DNA of 64,000 nucleotides. Source: a virus. The DNA lies in IMG/VR virus record IMGVR_UViG_3300024054_000269, positions 96,001 to 160,000 of that record; one strand, written 5' to 3'. Of this stretch, positions 9,614-19,119 are shown in pieces. The stretch's first letter is position 1. Every line of letters begins with the position of its first letter. The translations under genes were made by a program, and so were the position numbers. The notes under the pieces are model-generated. The model saw only the letters and a list, made by a program, of their open reading frames with translations. It was not told the origin of the DNA and searched no databases.

Positions 9614-12600
9614 ATGGTACGTCCGCGTAAAGAACAAATTTTATCAATAAACACTAGACATGCCAGATACACAGCTGATGTGACAGCTGGTACGTCGTTA
9701 ACAACCATTACTGCAGCATCGGTGAACCCATATTTAATAACAGATACGCAAGGTGGAGCGCAGGAAGACTGCCCAGCATTTGTTAGAGGAACAGTTTCAG
9801 AAATTTTTACGATCGTAGCTTCTGACGCAATAAATATAAGTGTTGATGGTGGTTCAACAATAACCGTTACATTTGCTGGAACTGATACTATAGCTTCAAA
9901 AGTTGTTGCCAGAATAAATGGAACTGTTGGGATACCAGCCAATTTTGCCAGAAATGAAAATGGAAAGGTTTTACTAGTTAGTACAACAACCGGTTCTACG
10001 TCGACAATTCAGTTATCTGATTTTGTGGCTGGAACATTAGCAAAATTAGGGTTAACAGCTGGAACTACAACTGGAGCTACAGCACCAATCCGTGGTGTTG
10101 TTACAAAATCTGCTGATTTAAAAGGTGGTTTTGTTAGGCTTTCAAGATCAGAAGGAAACACAATAGTTACGAATGCAGACGAGCTTATTTCTATTAGTAA
10201 TGACATCAAGTTTGGCCATGGATTAACAGCTAACATTAAAGGCGGGCTTCCATTACATGGAAGATTACTACCAAGTGGTTCTAACTATGAATTAAGTTAT
10301 TTCTGTAAAATCCCACAAAGACCAGAAGTTGTAACTGGTGATTCTAGCTTTGCATCGTTAAATGGTACAGATTCATTCACCATAACAGTTTCTGGACCAA
10401 ACGGAATTTTTGGTCCATTCACCATAACATTCCCGGCTTTTCCGTATACGACAGCTGCGTCAATAGCTGATAGAATAAACACTGTGTTTGCTACAACTGC
10501 AAACACAGTCACTGGAACAGGTAATGCATTTGTTGACAGTGTTGAAGTTCAACCGTTCGACATGGAAGGTGGCGATACCTTTTATATATCAATAGATGGC
10601 GGCGTTACAACGCCAGTAACATTTGCTGGAACCGAAGTAACAGCTGCAGACGTGGTAGCGACTATTAACGCTGCACTTGGCGTCACTGGCACAGCTTCAA
10701 CTTATACAGATTTGTTAGGTAATATTTCGTTCAGAATTCAAAGTAATAACACGAATGGTAGAACGTCTTCTGTAGAAATTTTCGGTCCACCTGATAATAT
10801 CACAAAAAAGCTTGGGTTGTCAGTCGGTAAAATACGTGGGTTTATATGTGCAGATTTGTACGGAACACAATCTGTAAAAATATTTTCACCAACACGTGGA
10901 GCTTTAAGTTCACTCGTTATAGGCGGTGTAAACCCAACAACTTTAACACGCATGGGACTGACAGCTGGAACATATCCAGGTTCAGACTCTTATGTGGAAG
11001 AAAGCGTCAATTTACCAGTTGTTAGCGGATTCGCCTCTACTTATACACTTAAATGCTTAATACCAGAAGAATTAGAATTTGGTGAAGTTAACCCAGCAAC
11101 TGAGTCATTTTTAGAAAATTTTGACGATATATCAGCAGGAAATAATAATTCATATTCTGATGATTTGTATGCATCCGGTGCTTATCCGTATTTTGCTGCT
11201 GAGTCAGGTCTTGGAACACAAGGCGGGAAAGATCACGGAAAAGTTGTTTTAGCAAATCATTTTGGGGTACTTGATGAAGATTTATTAGTTCCAGCTCAAA
11301 CTTATGCAAACAGATTTTTCAAAAAATTTCTTAGAACAGCATCAAGTGGTGGATACAGGAGAGGTGAAGTTGCGGCGCTAGTAGCTTCATCTATAGAAAC
11401 CCCAGGTACAAGTGGTAACCCATTACCAACATCAAACATATTCACAGTTGATGTTGATCCAGATAATTCGTATACAGATGCTGAGTTTAGAATTCAAAAA
11501 GACAGACTTGGAACACCAGTTGTTCCGTTCAGAGTAAGGGAACTTGGTGGGGCATCACCGACAGCACTTGATTGGGTTTCCGATGCTGGAACAGGAACAA
11601 TTGATTTTGGATACGGGTCTGTACTCAGCAGATTATGGTTATACGACGTAAATACAATTGCAGCTGGTGGAGCTGAATCAATACCGTTTACAGATGCGAC
11701 ACAAACAGCTTTAAGAATCGGTGACGCGCTTGTAACAAGCGGTCTTTCTTTACTGAAGAAAGTAAACTCAGTTTTTACCATCACATGTGGTGATGGTGTA
11801 AATAGTTTTGGCGATTTCAACGGTGCGAACGCCATACAAGATGCGGTTGCCTACATAATATCAACGATATCATCTGATACATTTAGAATTCAAATAAAAC
11901 AAGGCACGTACACGGTTGACACTGGAGCTGTTAACGTAACTGGAACAATCGATCCAACTAACAGTGGTGCAATATCAAACGCAACTTTCATATTTGAAGC
12001 TGTTGGTCCCAACGCTGTTATAATTGCTTCATCAAATGCAACGGTGTTTGAAGGCGGTATATCAAATAGGCTGGAGTTAATAAATCTTAGAATTGAAACG
12101 TTTACTGCACCGTATTCTAGATTAACAAATATTGGCCAAAATTCAGTTTGTTATGCAACTGGTTGTAGCATAGTTGGTTCTCAAATTAGGGCTGTTGACT
12201 CAGAACGTGTAATATTTGACAAATCTACAATTGATATGTCAGCCGATGCAGCTTGCGATAGGCCAGCTTTTTTGTTTGAGTTTGGCGATGGGGCTGCAGA
12301 CACGCATCAGTTATTCAAGTTTGTAAATTCTAAAATAACATCTGGACAAAACAATCCAATACTTAGAGTTAGAGCAACTGGAGCTGCGGTTTCATATACA
12401 GTTTGTGAATCAATTGTGTTCGAAGATTGCAAACTTTCGACTAAATCAACAACCGTTGATGGCAATGGAAATTTGACTGGAAACTGTGGGATTTTTGATG
12501 TCGACCCGAATGGATCGATTGCAGTTGCTGGTTCAACTGGCGTATTAATCAATAGCCTGAATTTTACTAGATGCGATGTTCAGGCTAACACTTCCTTGGG

Positions 12601-14005
12601 TCCGGTTTCAGTATTGATTCATTTTATACCAACTGCCAATGGAGTTTTCACAAATGCTTCACCTTGGACATTTGGTGTGTCACCGTATCTAGCTGTGAAT
12701 TATTTAACAATAGATGGTGGTGATTGGGTAATTCCTGGCGTAAACACCTCAATAAATCCGTTCACAATAGGTGGTGTTGCCGTCAAGTTGACAATAAACA
12801 ATATTTCGTATGGAACACCACAATCAACTGGCGTTACGCAAGGTGCCGCAACAGCTGATGTTGGTGGATTCTTTACATCGCTAGTAGGCCCGTCAGGCGC
12901 CCCAGCAACAAGTTTCTGGGGGTCGATGGCTTTGTCTGCATTCAACTTGGATCTTGACAACATTAAGATCCACGAGATGACTAGAGCAGGCAATTCTGGG
13001 GATCTATTCGTTTATTGTTTACAAAACTGTAGGATGAAAGACATTAGTATTACTGATTACATTGATGCTGCGCCCGGCTCGGTTCCGAATCAGCGCGTTA
13101 GGTTTAGATTTGGTGATCCGATAGCATATAATACGTTGAACGCAAATATTAAGAGATTGATAATTAAGGGTGCAAATGGAACTGGCAACTGGACAGCTAC
13201 ATCAACTGGCGATAATGACTATGCCATTATCGTGTATGAACCAGTACAAGAAGTGTTTGGTATCAACAAACATGCAGTAACTTTTGAAAATTGTGAAGTT
13301 TCTGATTTCTTAAATGCTACCATTCAAAATAGCATTGGGTTTGCATTTCATGATATAGCCGGTGGTGCATTGTTCGGAACTGGACTTGGTGTGAATGGGA
13401 CAATGTTTACTGGTGTTAAATTAATAAATAATAAATTTGACCAAAACACAGTTGGTATAAGTTATGTTAATTCAAACACTGTTGTCAGAAATTTGGAAAT
13501 AATAGATAATAAAATAACAAATTGTTCAGATTGGGGCGTGTATTTATATGATACTACCACAGATGCGTTAGGTCTTTTGACAATAAATGATAATAGGATT
13601 TTTAACTGCGGAAATACGTCTGGCAGAGAAGGCATCTATGTGAATACAGCAGATTGGGATAACACTTATTTGATTATGAATCATAATTACGTGCACAATA
13701 ATAACACGGCAGTTACAGGCATACAGGTGAATATTATAAATAGTGCTATTCCTGGTTCGACATCACCCAGGGGTGTTGTCATGGGTAATTCAGCAAGAGC
13801 TAGCACTGGATTTGTTGGACAATTCAGAATACAAACCAACAACACGCCAACACTCATAACTGGTACATACCCGGCTGCTTTTACGCCAGCTGGTGAGCCA
13901 TTTAGAGGTGTTGAGACAGGGTACGTTGGCGGAGCTGCTCCAGGTGATAGTAGATATTTCCAGCCTGCTACACCAATGTTCCATAATGACGCGACATTGA
14001 CATAA
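9614..14005 (+). CDS. tail fibre/tail spike with repeated N-terminal modules and C-terminal right-handed beta-helix
   Basis: 1463 aa; repeats like ISVDGG..VTF.GT..TA..VV..IN...KLGL.AG; GDFNGANAIQDAV..IQIKQGTY beta-helix cap; Asn/Ile-rich parallel beta-helix repeats (I.NNKI.NC..WGVYL). Confidence 0.75.
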   Translation: MVRPRKEQILSINTRHARYTADVTAGTSLTTITAASVNPYLITDTQGGAQEDCPAFVRGTVSEIFTIVASDAINISVDGGSTITVTFAGTDTIASKVVARINGTVGIPANFARNENGKVLLVSTTTGSTSTIQLSDFVAGTLAKLGLTAGTTTGATAPIRGVVTKSADLKGGFVRLSRSEGNTIVTNADELISISNDIKFGHGLTANIKGGLPLHGRLLPSGSNYELSYFCKIPQRPEVVTGDSSFASLNGTDSFTITVSGPNGIFGPFTITFPAFPYTTAASIADRINTVFATTANTVTGTGNAFVDSVEVQPFDMEGGDTFYISIDGGVTTPVTFAGTEVTAADVVATINAALGVTGTASTYTDLLGNISFRIQSNNTNGRTSSVEIFGPPDNITKKLGLSVGKIRGFICADLYGTQSVKIFSPTRGALSSLVIGGVNPTTLTRMGLTAGTYPGSDSYVEESVNLPVVSGFASTYTLKCLIPEELEFGEVNPATESFLENFDDISAGNNNSYSDDLYASGAYPYFAAESGLGTQGGKDHGKVVLANHFGVLDEDLLVPAQTYANRFFKKFLRTASSGGYRRGEVAALVASSIETPGTSGNPLPTSNIFTVDVDPDNSYTDAEFRIQKDRLGTPVVPFRVRELGGASPTALDWVSDAGTGTIDFGYGSVLSRLWLYDVNTIAAGGAESIPFTDATQTALRIGDALVTSGLSLLKKVNSVFTITCGDGVNSFGDFNGANAIQDAVAYIISTISSDTFRIQIKQGTYTVDTGAVNVTGTIDPTNSGAISNATFIFEAVGPNAVIIASSNATVFEGGISNRLELINLRIETFTAPYSRLTNIGQNSVCYATGCSIVGSQIRAVDSERVIFDKSTIDMSADAACDRPAFLFEFGDGAADTHQLFKFVNSKITSGQNNPILRVRATGAAVSYTVCESIVFEDCKLSTKSTTVDGNGNLTGNCGIFDVDPNGSIAVAGSTGVLINSLNFTRCDVQANTSLGPVSVLIHFIPTANGVFTNASPWTFGVSPYLAVNYLTIDGGDWVIPGVNTSINPFTIGGVAVKLTINNISYGTPQSTGVTQGAATADVGGFFTSLVGPSGAPATSFWGSMALSAFNLDLDNIKIHEMTRAGNSGDLFVYCLQNCRMKDISITDYIDAAPGSVPNQRVRFRFGDPIAYNTLNANIKRLIIKGANGTGNWTATSTGDNDYAIIVYEPVQEVFGINKHAVTFENCEVSDFLNATIQNSIGFAFHDIAGGALFGTGLGVNGTMFTGVKLINNKFDQNTVGISYVNSNTVVRNLEIIDNKITNCSDWGVYLYDTTTDALGLLTINDNRIFNCGNTSGREGIYVNTADWDNTYLIMNHNYVHNNNTAVTGIQVNIINSAIPGSTSPRGVVMGNSARASTGFVGQFRIQTNNTPTLITGTYPAAFTPAGEPFRGVETGYVGGAAPGDSRYFQPATPMFHNDATLT

Positions 14006-14068
14006 ATTATTTCAATGTATTTTGTAAATAGATACTTATAGTGGGTATCTGCTCCAGAAGGAGTAGAG

Positions 14069-15067
14069 ATGAAAACAAAACATAGTCTTCTTTTGGTTCC
14101 TTTTGGTTTCTTTGTGTTTTTAGCGTGTGGTGGTGGTGGTGACGAGACGGGTTTGACAAAAGCGTCTTCTGGCGGTCAAGCCGGGGCGTCTTCTGGCGGT
14201 CAAGCCGGCTCTGGGTCTGGCGGTCAAGCCGGTGGTCAGTCCGGGTCTGGCGGTCAAGCTGGAAACACTGGAGGGTCTGCTGGATCTGTTATCGATTCGG
14301 GATCTGATGTTATCGATTCGGGATCTGATGCCATACTTGATTACAATCAAGATATTTTGACTGATTCACAGTCTGATGTTGAAGCATGCGTCCCCCAACC
14401 ATGCGCAAATGACGGCAAGACTTGTGGTAGTCTTCCAGACGGTTGTGGTGGGATGTCTAAATGTTTGTACCAGTGTTCTTATCCAAAAACTTGTGGTGGC
14501 AATCCGAATGACCCTAATGGGTGCTATTGCAAAATGAAAACACAAACTGAAATAAATTCTGTTTGTGCTACATATAGCTGTACTGATGGTGCGAGCGTTT
14601 CAGACCCGTGTGCTAACGGTGGTGCCGTTTCGTGTCTTCTTTATCCAAATCAGAAACGATGTAAGTATTTGCAGACATGTAAAGACGCTGGCGCAACCCC
14701 GACAGATTTTACTTGCCAGGGATGCACAGACAGTAGCATCGACACTGGTTGTTCACAAAATCAACCATTTGCTTATACATGCCCTGGAAATGTGACACCA
14801 CCAACTAGTGAATGCACATGGAATTCCTCCACTCAGAAATGGTGTTGCAAAAAGAATACGGCTGGTTGTTTTGTCCAGTTTGAAGAAACTTCATGCAATC
14901 CAACATTTGGATGCACATGTCCGGCCGGTAAGAAGGTTGTTTTTGATTGTGGTGCTTTTGGTACGAATCCTATTGCTAATGATTTGATGCCCCAGTTTGG
15001 ATGCATCAAATCTACAAATCAATACGCACTTGATAAGTGGTGTTGCCCAACTAATTCTGTTGGTTGA
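14069..15067 (+). CDS. Cys-rich lipoprotein, myxobacterial style
   Basis: Signal peptide with lipobox FLA-C, GGQAG linker, then Cys-dense repeats (C..QPCANDGKTCGSLPDGCGG..KC..CGG.P..PNGC). Confidence 0.75.
   Translation: MKTKHSLLLVPFGFFVFLACGGGGDETGLTKASSGGQAGASSGGQAGSGSGGQAGGQSGSGGQAGNTGGSAGSVIDSGSDVIDSGSDAILDYNQDILTDSQSDVEACVPQPCANDGKTCGSLPDGCGGMSKCLYQCSYPKTCGGNPNDPNGCYCKMKTQTEINSVCATYSCTDGASVSDPCANGGAVSCLLYPNQKRCKYLQTCKDAGATPTDFTCQGCTDSSIDTGCSQNQPFAYTCPGNVTPPTSECTWNSSTQKWCCKKNTAGCFVQFEETSCNPTFGCTCPAGKKVVFDCGAFGTNPIANDLMPQFGCIKSTNQYALDKWCCPTNSVG
14162..14330 (+). repeat. coding tandem repeats in lipoprotein linker
   Basis: TCTGGCGGTCAAGC x4 (14168, 14192, 14216, 14246) and TGTTATCGATTCGGGATCTGA x2. 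Confidence 0.85.
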
Positions 15068-15070
15068 TAG

Positions 15071-15108
15071 AAAGCCCTGATAGGAGTAAATCTCCTATCA
15101 GGGCTTTT
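15071..15108 (+). terminator. intrinsic terminator
   Basis: AAAGCCCTGATAGGAG-TAAAT-CTCCTATCAGGGCTTT perfect 16 bp stem ending in T-run, right after lipoprotein stop. Confidence 0.8.
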
Positions 15109-15112
15109 CCAT

Positions 15113-15619
15113 ATGAAAAAATTATGGTTGTATTTGAAAGCCCTTGGTAAAAGATTATTTCAAATAATAATAAGATACCCGTTAGCAACAGCTTTAACTG
15201 TTTTGTTAGTAATTGGTACGATGTTTCTGTTAATTTTTGGCCAAAAAGTACAAATCGGTGGTTTACTTGGTTCAATATGGGGCAAGAAAAAAATAAACTC
15301 TAGAGCCATCCCACCAGAAGACAGAAAAGATAAAGATGGCAAGCCAATCCAACCTGGTGAATCAGACGACAAAGGATACGTACAAGCGCCAGTATCAACA
15401 AAAATAAAGGAACCAACAATTTTTTCAGACCCGAATGTTGTTGAAATTGAAGAACAAAATGGTGAAGTTAAAAAAATACCGTTACCAACGGGTGTGTCAA
15501 ATACTGATGTACGAGAAGTGACAAAAATTTCACCAAATATATATGAAGTAAAAAACAAAGATAAAGGAACAAAAAAAGAAGAACTATCAACTCTAATAGA
15601 ATTATTGGGGGATAAATGA
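15113..15619 (+). CDS. membrane-anchored protein
   Basis: One hydrophobic segment (LATALTVLLVIGTMFLLIFG) then charged domain. Confidence 0.6.
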   Translation: MKKLWLYLKALGKRLFQIIIRYPLATALTVLLVIGTMFLLIFGQKVQIGGLLGSIWGKKKINSRAIPPEDRKDKDGKPIQPGESDDKGYVQAPVSTKIKEPTIFSDPNVVEIEEQNGEVKKIPLPTGVSNTDVREVTKISPNIYEVKNKDKGTKKEELSTLIELLGDK

Positions 15620-16230
15620 TCCCATTACTAATTTTGATGCAACAAGACCCAGTTAATGTTAACGCAGCGGTTGTGCCGCAACCGGAAGAACAAGTTTGTA
15701 TAAATAAAGAAGAAGCAGACAAGTTAGCTCAGGCTTTAAGAGAATACAAGAATATAAAAGAATCACCAGCTAAGTTGGAAATGAAAGAACCAATCATAAT
15801 TATTCGTGATTGGGAAGACAGAGTATATGTAAATGGTGGTGAAAAAAGTCCAATAAAACTCAGATTGAGGATAGGTGAATATGTTGATAGAGAATTTGAA
15901 GCAGTTTTTCCCGTCCAGGTTTTTTACAGAGAAGAACCTCCAGATCCGCCATTCAGACTAAGAATAAAAGCACAAGCCGGTTTTCTTTTGCCGCAGTTAT
16001 TTACGGCTGTGAAAGATGGCGGTGTTGACTCAACTATTGACATGGGCATAGCGTTTGATTTTTTCCACTACGGACCAGTGAACATAAATATTTATACTGG
16101 CATAAGAAGTATCGGAGCGGGCCTTGGTTTTGACATAACTAAAAATTTTGGTGTGTATAGCGGTTATGCTCTATCATATAGAGGTTTAGAATCTGGTGCT
16201 TTGACTGGCGTATTCTTTAGTTTTAATTAA
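15616..16230 (+). CDS. protein with C-terminal amphipathic beta-strands (outer-membrane-like)
   Basis: Alternating aromatic/Gly strands ending GVFFSFN. Confidence 0.5.
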   Translation: MIPLLILMQQDPVNVNAAVVPQPEEQVCINKEEADKLAQALREYKNIKESPAKLEMKEPIIIIRDWEDRVYVNGGEKSPIKLRLRIGEYVDREFEAVFPVQVFYREEPPDPPFRLRIKAQAGFLLPQLFTAVKDGGVDSTIDMGIAFDFFHYGPVNINIYTGIRSIGAGLGFDITKNFGVYSGYALSYRGLESGALTGVFFSFN

Positions 16231-16244
16231 TGTAAATTTAAGGC

Positions 16245-18323
16245 ATGTTGGAAGAACTTAGAAAAATAAGAAACCTTGAAAACCCAAAATTGAAACCATC
16301 ACCATATTTGAAAGACAAATTCATAGATGAATTTGGTGAAGAACAAAATGTTAAATTGAGAGATTACCAATGTTCTGGGATTATGAATATTTGTATGTCA
16401 CCAAGGCATATAAATGGATTCGACACAGGATTAGGAAAATCGCTTATTTCATTAGCTTCAGTAAGTTATATTTGGTTAGTAGAACCGACTTATGTTCCAA
16501 TTGTTGTAACAACGAAATCTTCATTATTTCAATGGGAATCAGAGTGTCACAAATTTATGAAAAACATGAGTGTGTTGGTTGTTAGTGGACAACCAACACA
16601 GCGGCATTCAACGTATGCTGAATTTTTTGATAATTACAATATAAATAACAAACGCATTATGATTGTTACTTACGACTCGATATTTAGAGATCTACGAAGT
16701 GGGATAATAAGTGAAAAGACTAAAGGACAAGGGTCTACAAAATTAAAAGAAAACACGAAAATATCTAAACAAAAACTAGAATTGGCCAAAAAAGAATTAG
16801 AAGAATACTCTCAGATATTTAATGACAAATTTTTGAGTTTACCATATGAGATTCAATCATGTGCAACAAATTTGATTCGCGGCAAAGACGTTATGCAAAG
16901 GCCTGATGGTTGGATTTCAGAATACGATAATTGGGTTTTAGATTACATAACTAAAAAAATAATTTGGTCTCAATGTTTAGATGAATACAACAATTCGAAA
17001 TCATTATCAAGTCCAACTAGAAATGTTAGGGGCATACTTGATTATATTCAAGATTTGAAATCAAATCACCCAGATACACAGTTTATGCTGATTATGGACG
17101 AAATGCACAAATTAAAAAATCACAGAAGTCAAATACATGAATCGGTTAAAGAATTATCCATGAATTGCAATAGAATTTATGGATTAACAGCCACCCCGAT
17201 TAAAAATCGGTTGATGGAATTCTTCAGTCTTTTTAGGGTGATCAAATCAGATTTGTTTCCAAAAATTTCACATTTCATGAATGATTATTGTGTTACAAAA
17301 CTCCAACCAATTGGAGGTGGAAGACAAGTTCCGATAGTTGTAGGTTACAAGAACTTGCAGCAATTTATCTCAAAAATTGAACCATATTACTTCTCAAAAA
17401 AGAAACACGAAGTTGCAGAACAACTTCCAAAGTTAATAAGCAGAGAAATACCGTGTGAGCTTTCTGATATACAAGAAGAATTGTATGACATGGCAGAGTC
17501 AGGTTTGCTAGGCAAAAATACTGATATTACACAAGCTGAAATGCTTCAATCTTTAACTCTATGTCAACAAGCAGTGAATTCTCCTTATTTGATTAAAGAT
17601 GAAAATGGCAATCCATTTGAAGGTCCTTCTACAAAAGAAGAAACCCTAATTGATTTATTAGAAAATGATCTGAGTGAAAAGAAAGTTATCATTTTTTCTA
17701 GATTTGAGAAAATGATTAGTAGACTTGAAAATTTGTTAGATGAAGCAAAAATAAAAAATGTTAGGATAACTGGAAAAGAACATAAAGCGCAGGATAGAGA
17801 GAAAGCAAAGAATAAATTCCAAGATCCGAATTCAGGGATGAATGTCATATTAATTACGACCGCTGGTTCTGAATCAATTAATTTACAAGCCGCTGAATAT
17901 ATAATATTCTTTGATTCATGCTGGAGTTTTGGAGATTATATTCAACTTGTTGGACGTGCTGTAAGAATCGGAAGCAGAAATGACTCAGTTGTTGCCATAC
18001 ATTTCGTTGGTGAAAAACAAAACGGAGAAAAAACTATAGATCAACATGTTTTAAATATTCTTAGAAAAAAGAAAAAATTGATTGATGTTGTTGCTGGACA
18101 AAATATACCAGATGCTTTAGATTTTAAGTCTAAAAACGAGATGTTTGAGTTGTTTTCGGAAATGTATTCTTCTTCTGCTTCTGAGGCAAATAGCAACAAA
18201 ACGAACAAAAGACAAGAAGATAAAAAGAAACCAAAGAAGAAACCAAAAGAAGACGTGTTAAGCGTAAAATCGGAAGATAACTGCAAAATATCATTGGTTT
18301 CTTTAGATGCATCAGACATCTGA
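16245..18323 (+). CDS. SNF2/SF2 helicase
   Basis: LRDYQ, DTGLGKS (motif I), DEMH (II), TATP (III), SINLQAA (V), QLVGRAVRIG (VI). Confidence 0.9.
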   Translation: MLEELRKIRNLENPKLKPSPYLKDKFIDEFGEEQNVKLRDYQCSGIMNICMSPRHINGFDTGLGKSLISLASVSYIWLVEPTYVPIVVTTKSSLFQWESECHKFMKNMSVLVVSGQPTQRHSTYAEFFDNYNINNKRIMIVTYDSIFRDLRSGIISEKTKGQGSTKLKENTKISKQKLELAKKELEEYSQIFNDKFLSLPYEIQSCATNLIRGKDVMQRPDGWISEYDNWVLDYITKKIIWSQCLDEYNNSKSLSSPTRNVRGILDYIQDLKSNHPDTQFMLIMDEMHKLKNHRSQIHESVKELSMNCNRIYGLTATPIKNRLMEFFSLFRVIKSDLFPKISHFMNDYCVTKLQPIGGGRQVPIVVGYKNLQQFISKIEPYYFSKKKHEVAEQLPKLISREIPCELSDIQEELYDMAESGLLGKNTDITQAEMLQSLTLCQQAVNSPYLIKDENGNPFEGPSTKEETLIDLLENDLSEKKVIIFSRFEKMISRLENLLDEAKIKNVRITGKEHKAQDREKAKNKFQDPNSGMNVILITTAGSESINLQAAEYIIFFDSCWSFGDYIQLVGRAVRIGSRNDSVVAIHFVGEKQNGEKTIDQHVLNILRKKKKLIDVVAGQNIPDALDFKSKNEMFELFSEMYSSSASEANSNKTNKRQEDKKKPKKKPKEDVLSVKSEDNCKISLVSLDASDI

Positions 18324-19119
18324 AATTATTTCGTGTTCCGAATGTGACGATATTGGTGTAATAGAAAAAAATGGAAAACTGTTTGAGTGTGAATGTGCAT
18401 TAGTACGTAGAATATCTGCTTCAATGCCGCCCTACATAAGGAAAGCAGAAATTTTACCAGCACATCTTGAACTCGGATTCTTTAATAAAATTAACAAATC
18501 GTTATACGTAATATCTTCTTGGCCTGATACAAAATCAATAATAAAAGCATGCATAATAAAATTCAACAAAAAATATTTTCGTATAACAAGTGATAGAGAA
18601 ATAAGGGATGTTTATGTTGGTTCCAGATCATCAGCTGCATCAAGTGATCAGGAAAAAGTTCTAAATACGTTAGAAGATTTGATGGATCCGCCAGATTTGG
18701 TGGTTGTTAGACTTAATGAGTTATCATATAAAAACAAAGCCGCGCCTGGTGCACTAGAGGAAGCAATATCATACAGATGCGATAGGGATAAACCAACTTG
18801 GCTAATTTCTGATATTGATCGAGTATTTGGTGTTGGCAGCCACGCATACTCAGAATCAGTATGGAATCTTATTAATGATGCATTTGAAATAACAAAGATT
18901 CCGATGATTTTGCCAAGAACTGTAACAAATGTAGATTCGGTTGTTCCGGTTCAGTTTGAACAAAAACACAATGAACAGCAGCTAAAGGAAAAAGAAACAA
19001 AATCTGACGAAAAACCGGCTAAGATAAATCGAATTTCAAATGAAGAGTTGACAGGTGGTTTGTCTATGTACGGTAGTGGTTTTGATAGATTAAAGCCGAA
19101 ATCGAAATTACGAAAATGA
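18307..19119 (+). CDS. DnaC/IstB-like helicase loader, degenerate ATPase
   Basis: N-terminal CxxC...CEC; LEEAISYRCDRDKPTWLIS resembles DnaC core; Walker A/B absent; directly upstream of dnaB. Confidence 0.6.
   Translation: MHQTSEIISCSECDDIGVIEKNGKLFECECALVRRISASMPPYIRKAEILPAHLELGFFNKINKSLYVISSWPDTKSIIKACIIKFNKKYFRITSDREIRDVYVGSRSSAASSDQEKVLNTLEDLMDPPDLVVVRLNELSYKNKAAPGALEEAISYRCDRDKPTWLISDIDRVFGVGSHAYSESVWNLINDAFEITKIPMILPRTVTNVDSVVPVQFEQKHNEQQLKEKETKSDEKPAKINRISNEELTGGLSMYGSGFDRLKPKSKLRK

Noticed and set aside
1949-13984. Numerous 60-120 aa antisense ORFs within structural genes
   Set aside because: Shadows of long stop-poor ORFs; no SD or independent protein-like features.
14162-14330. 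Repeats as a CRISPR array
   Set aside because: In-frame coding repeats of 21-30 bp without unique spacers; no cas genes.
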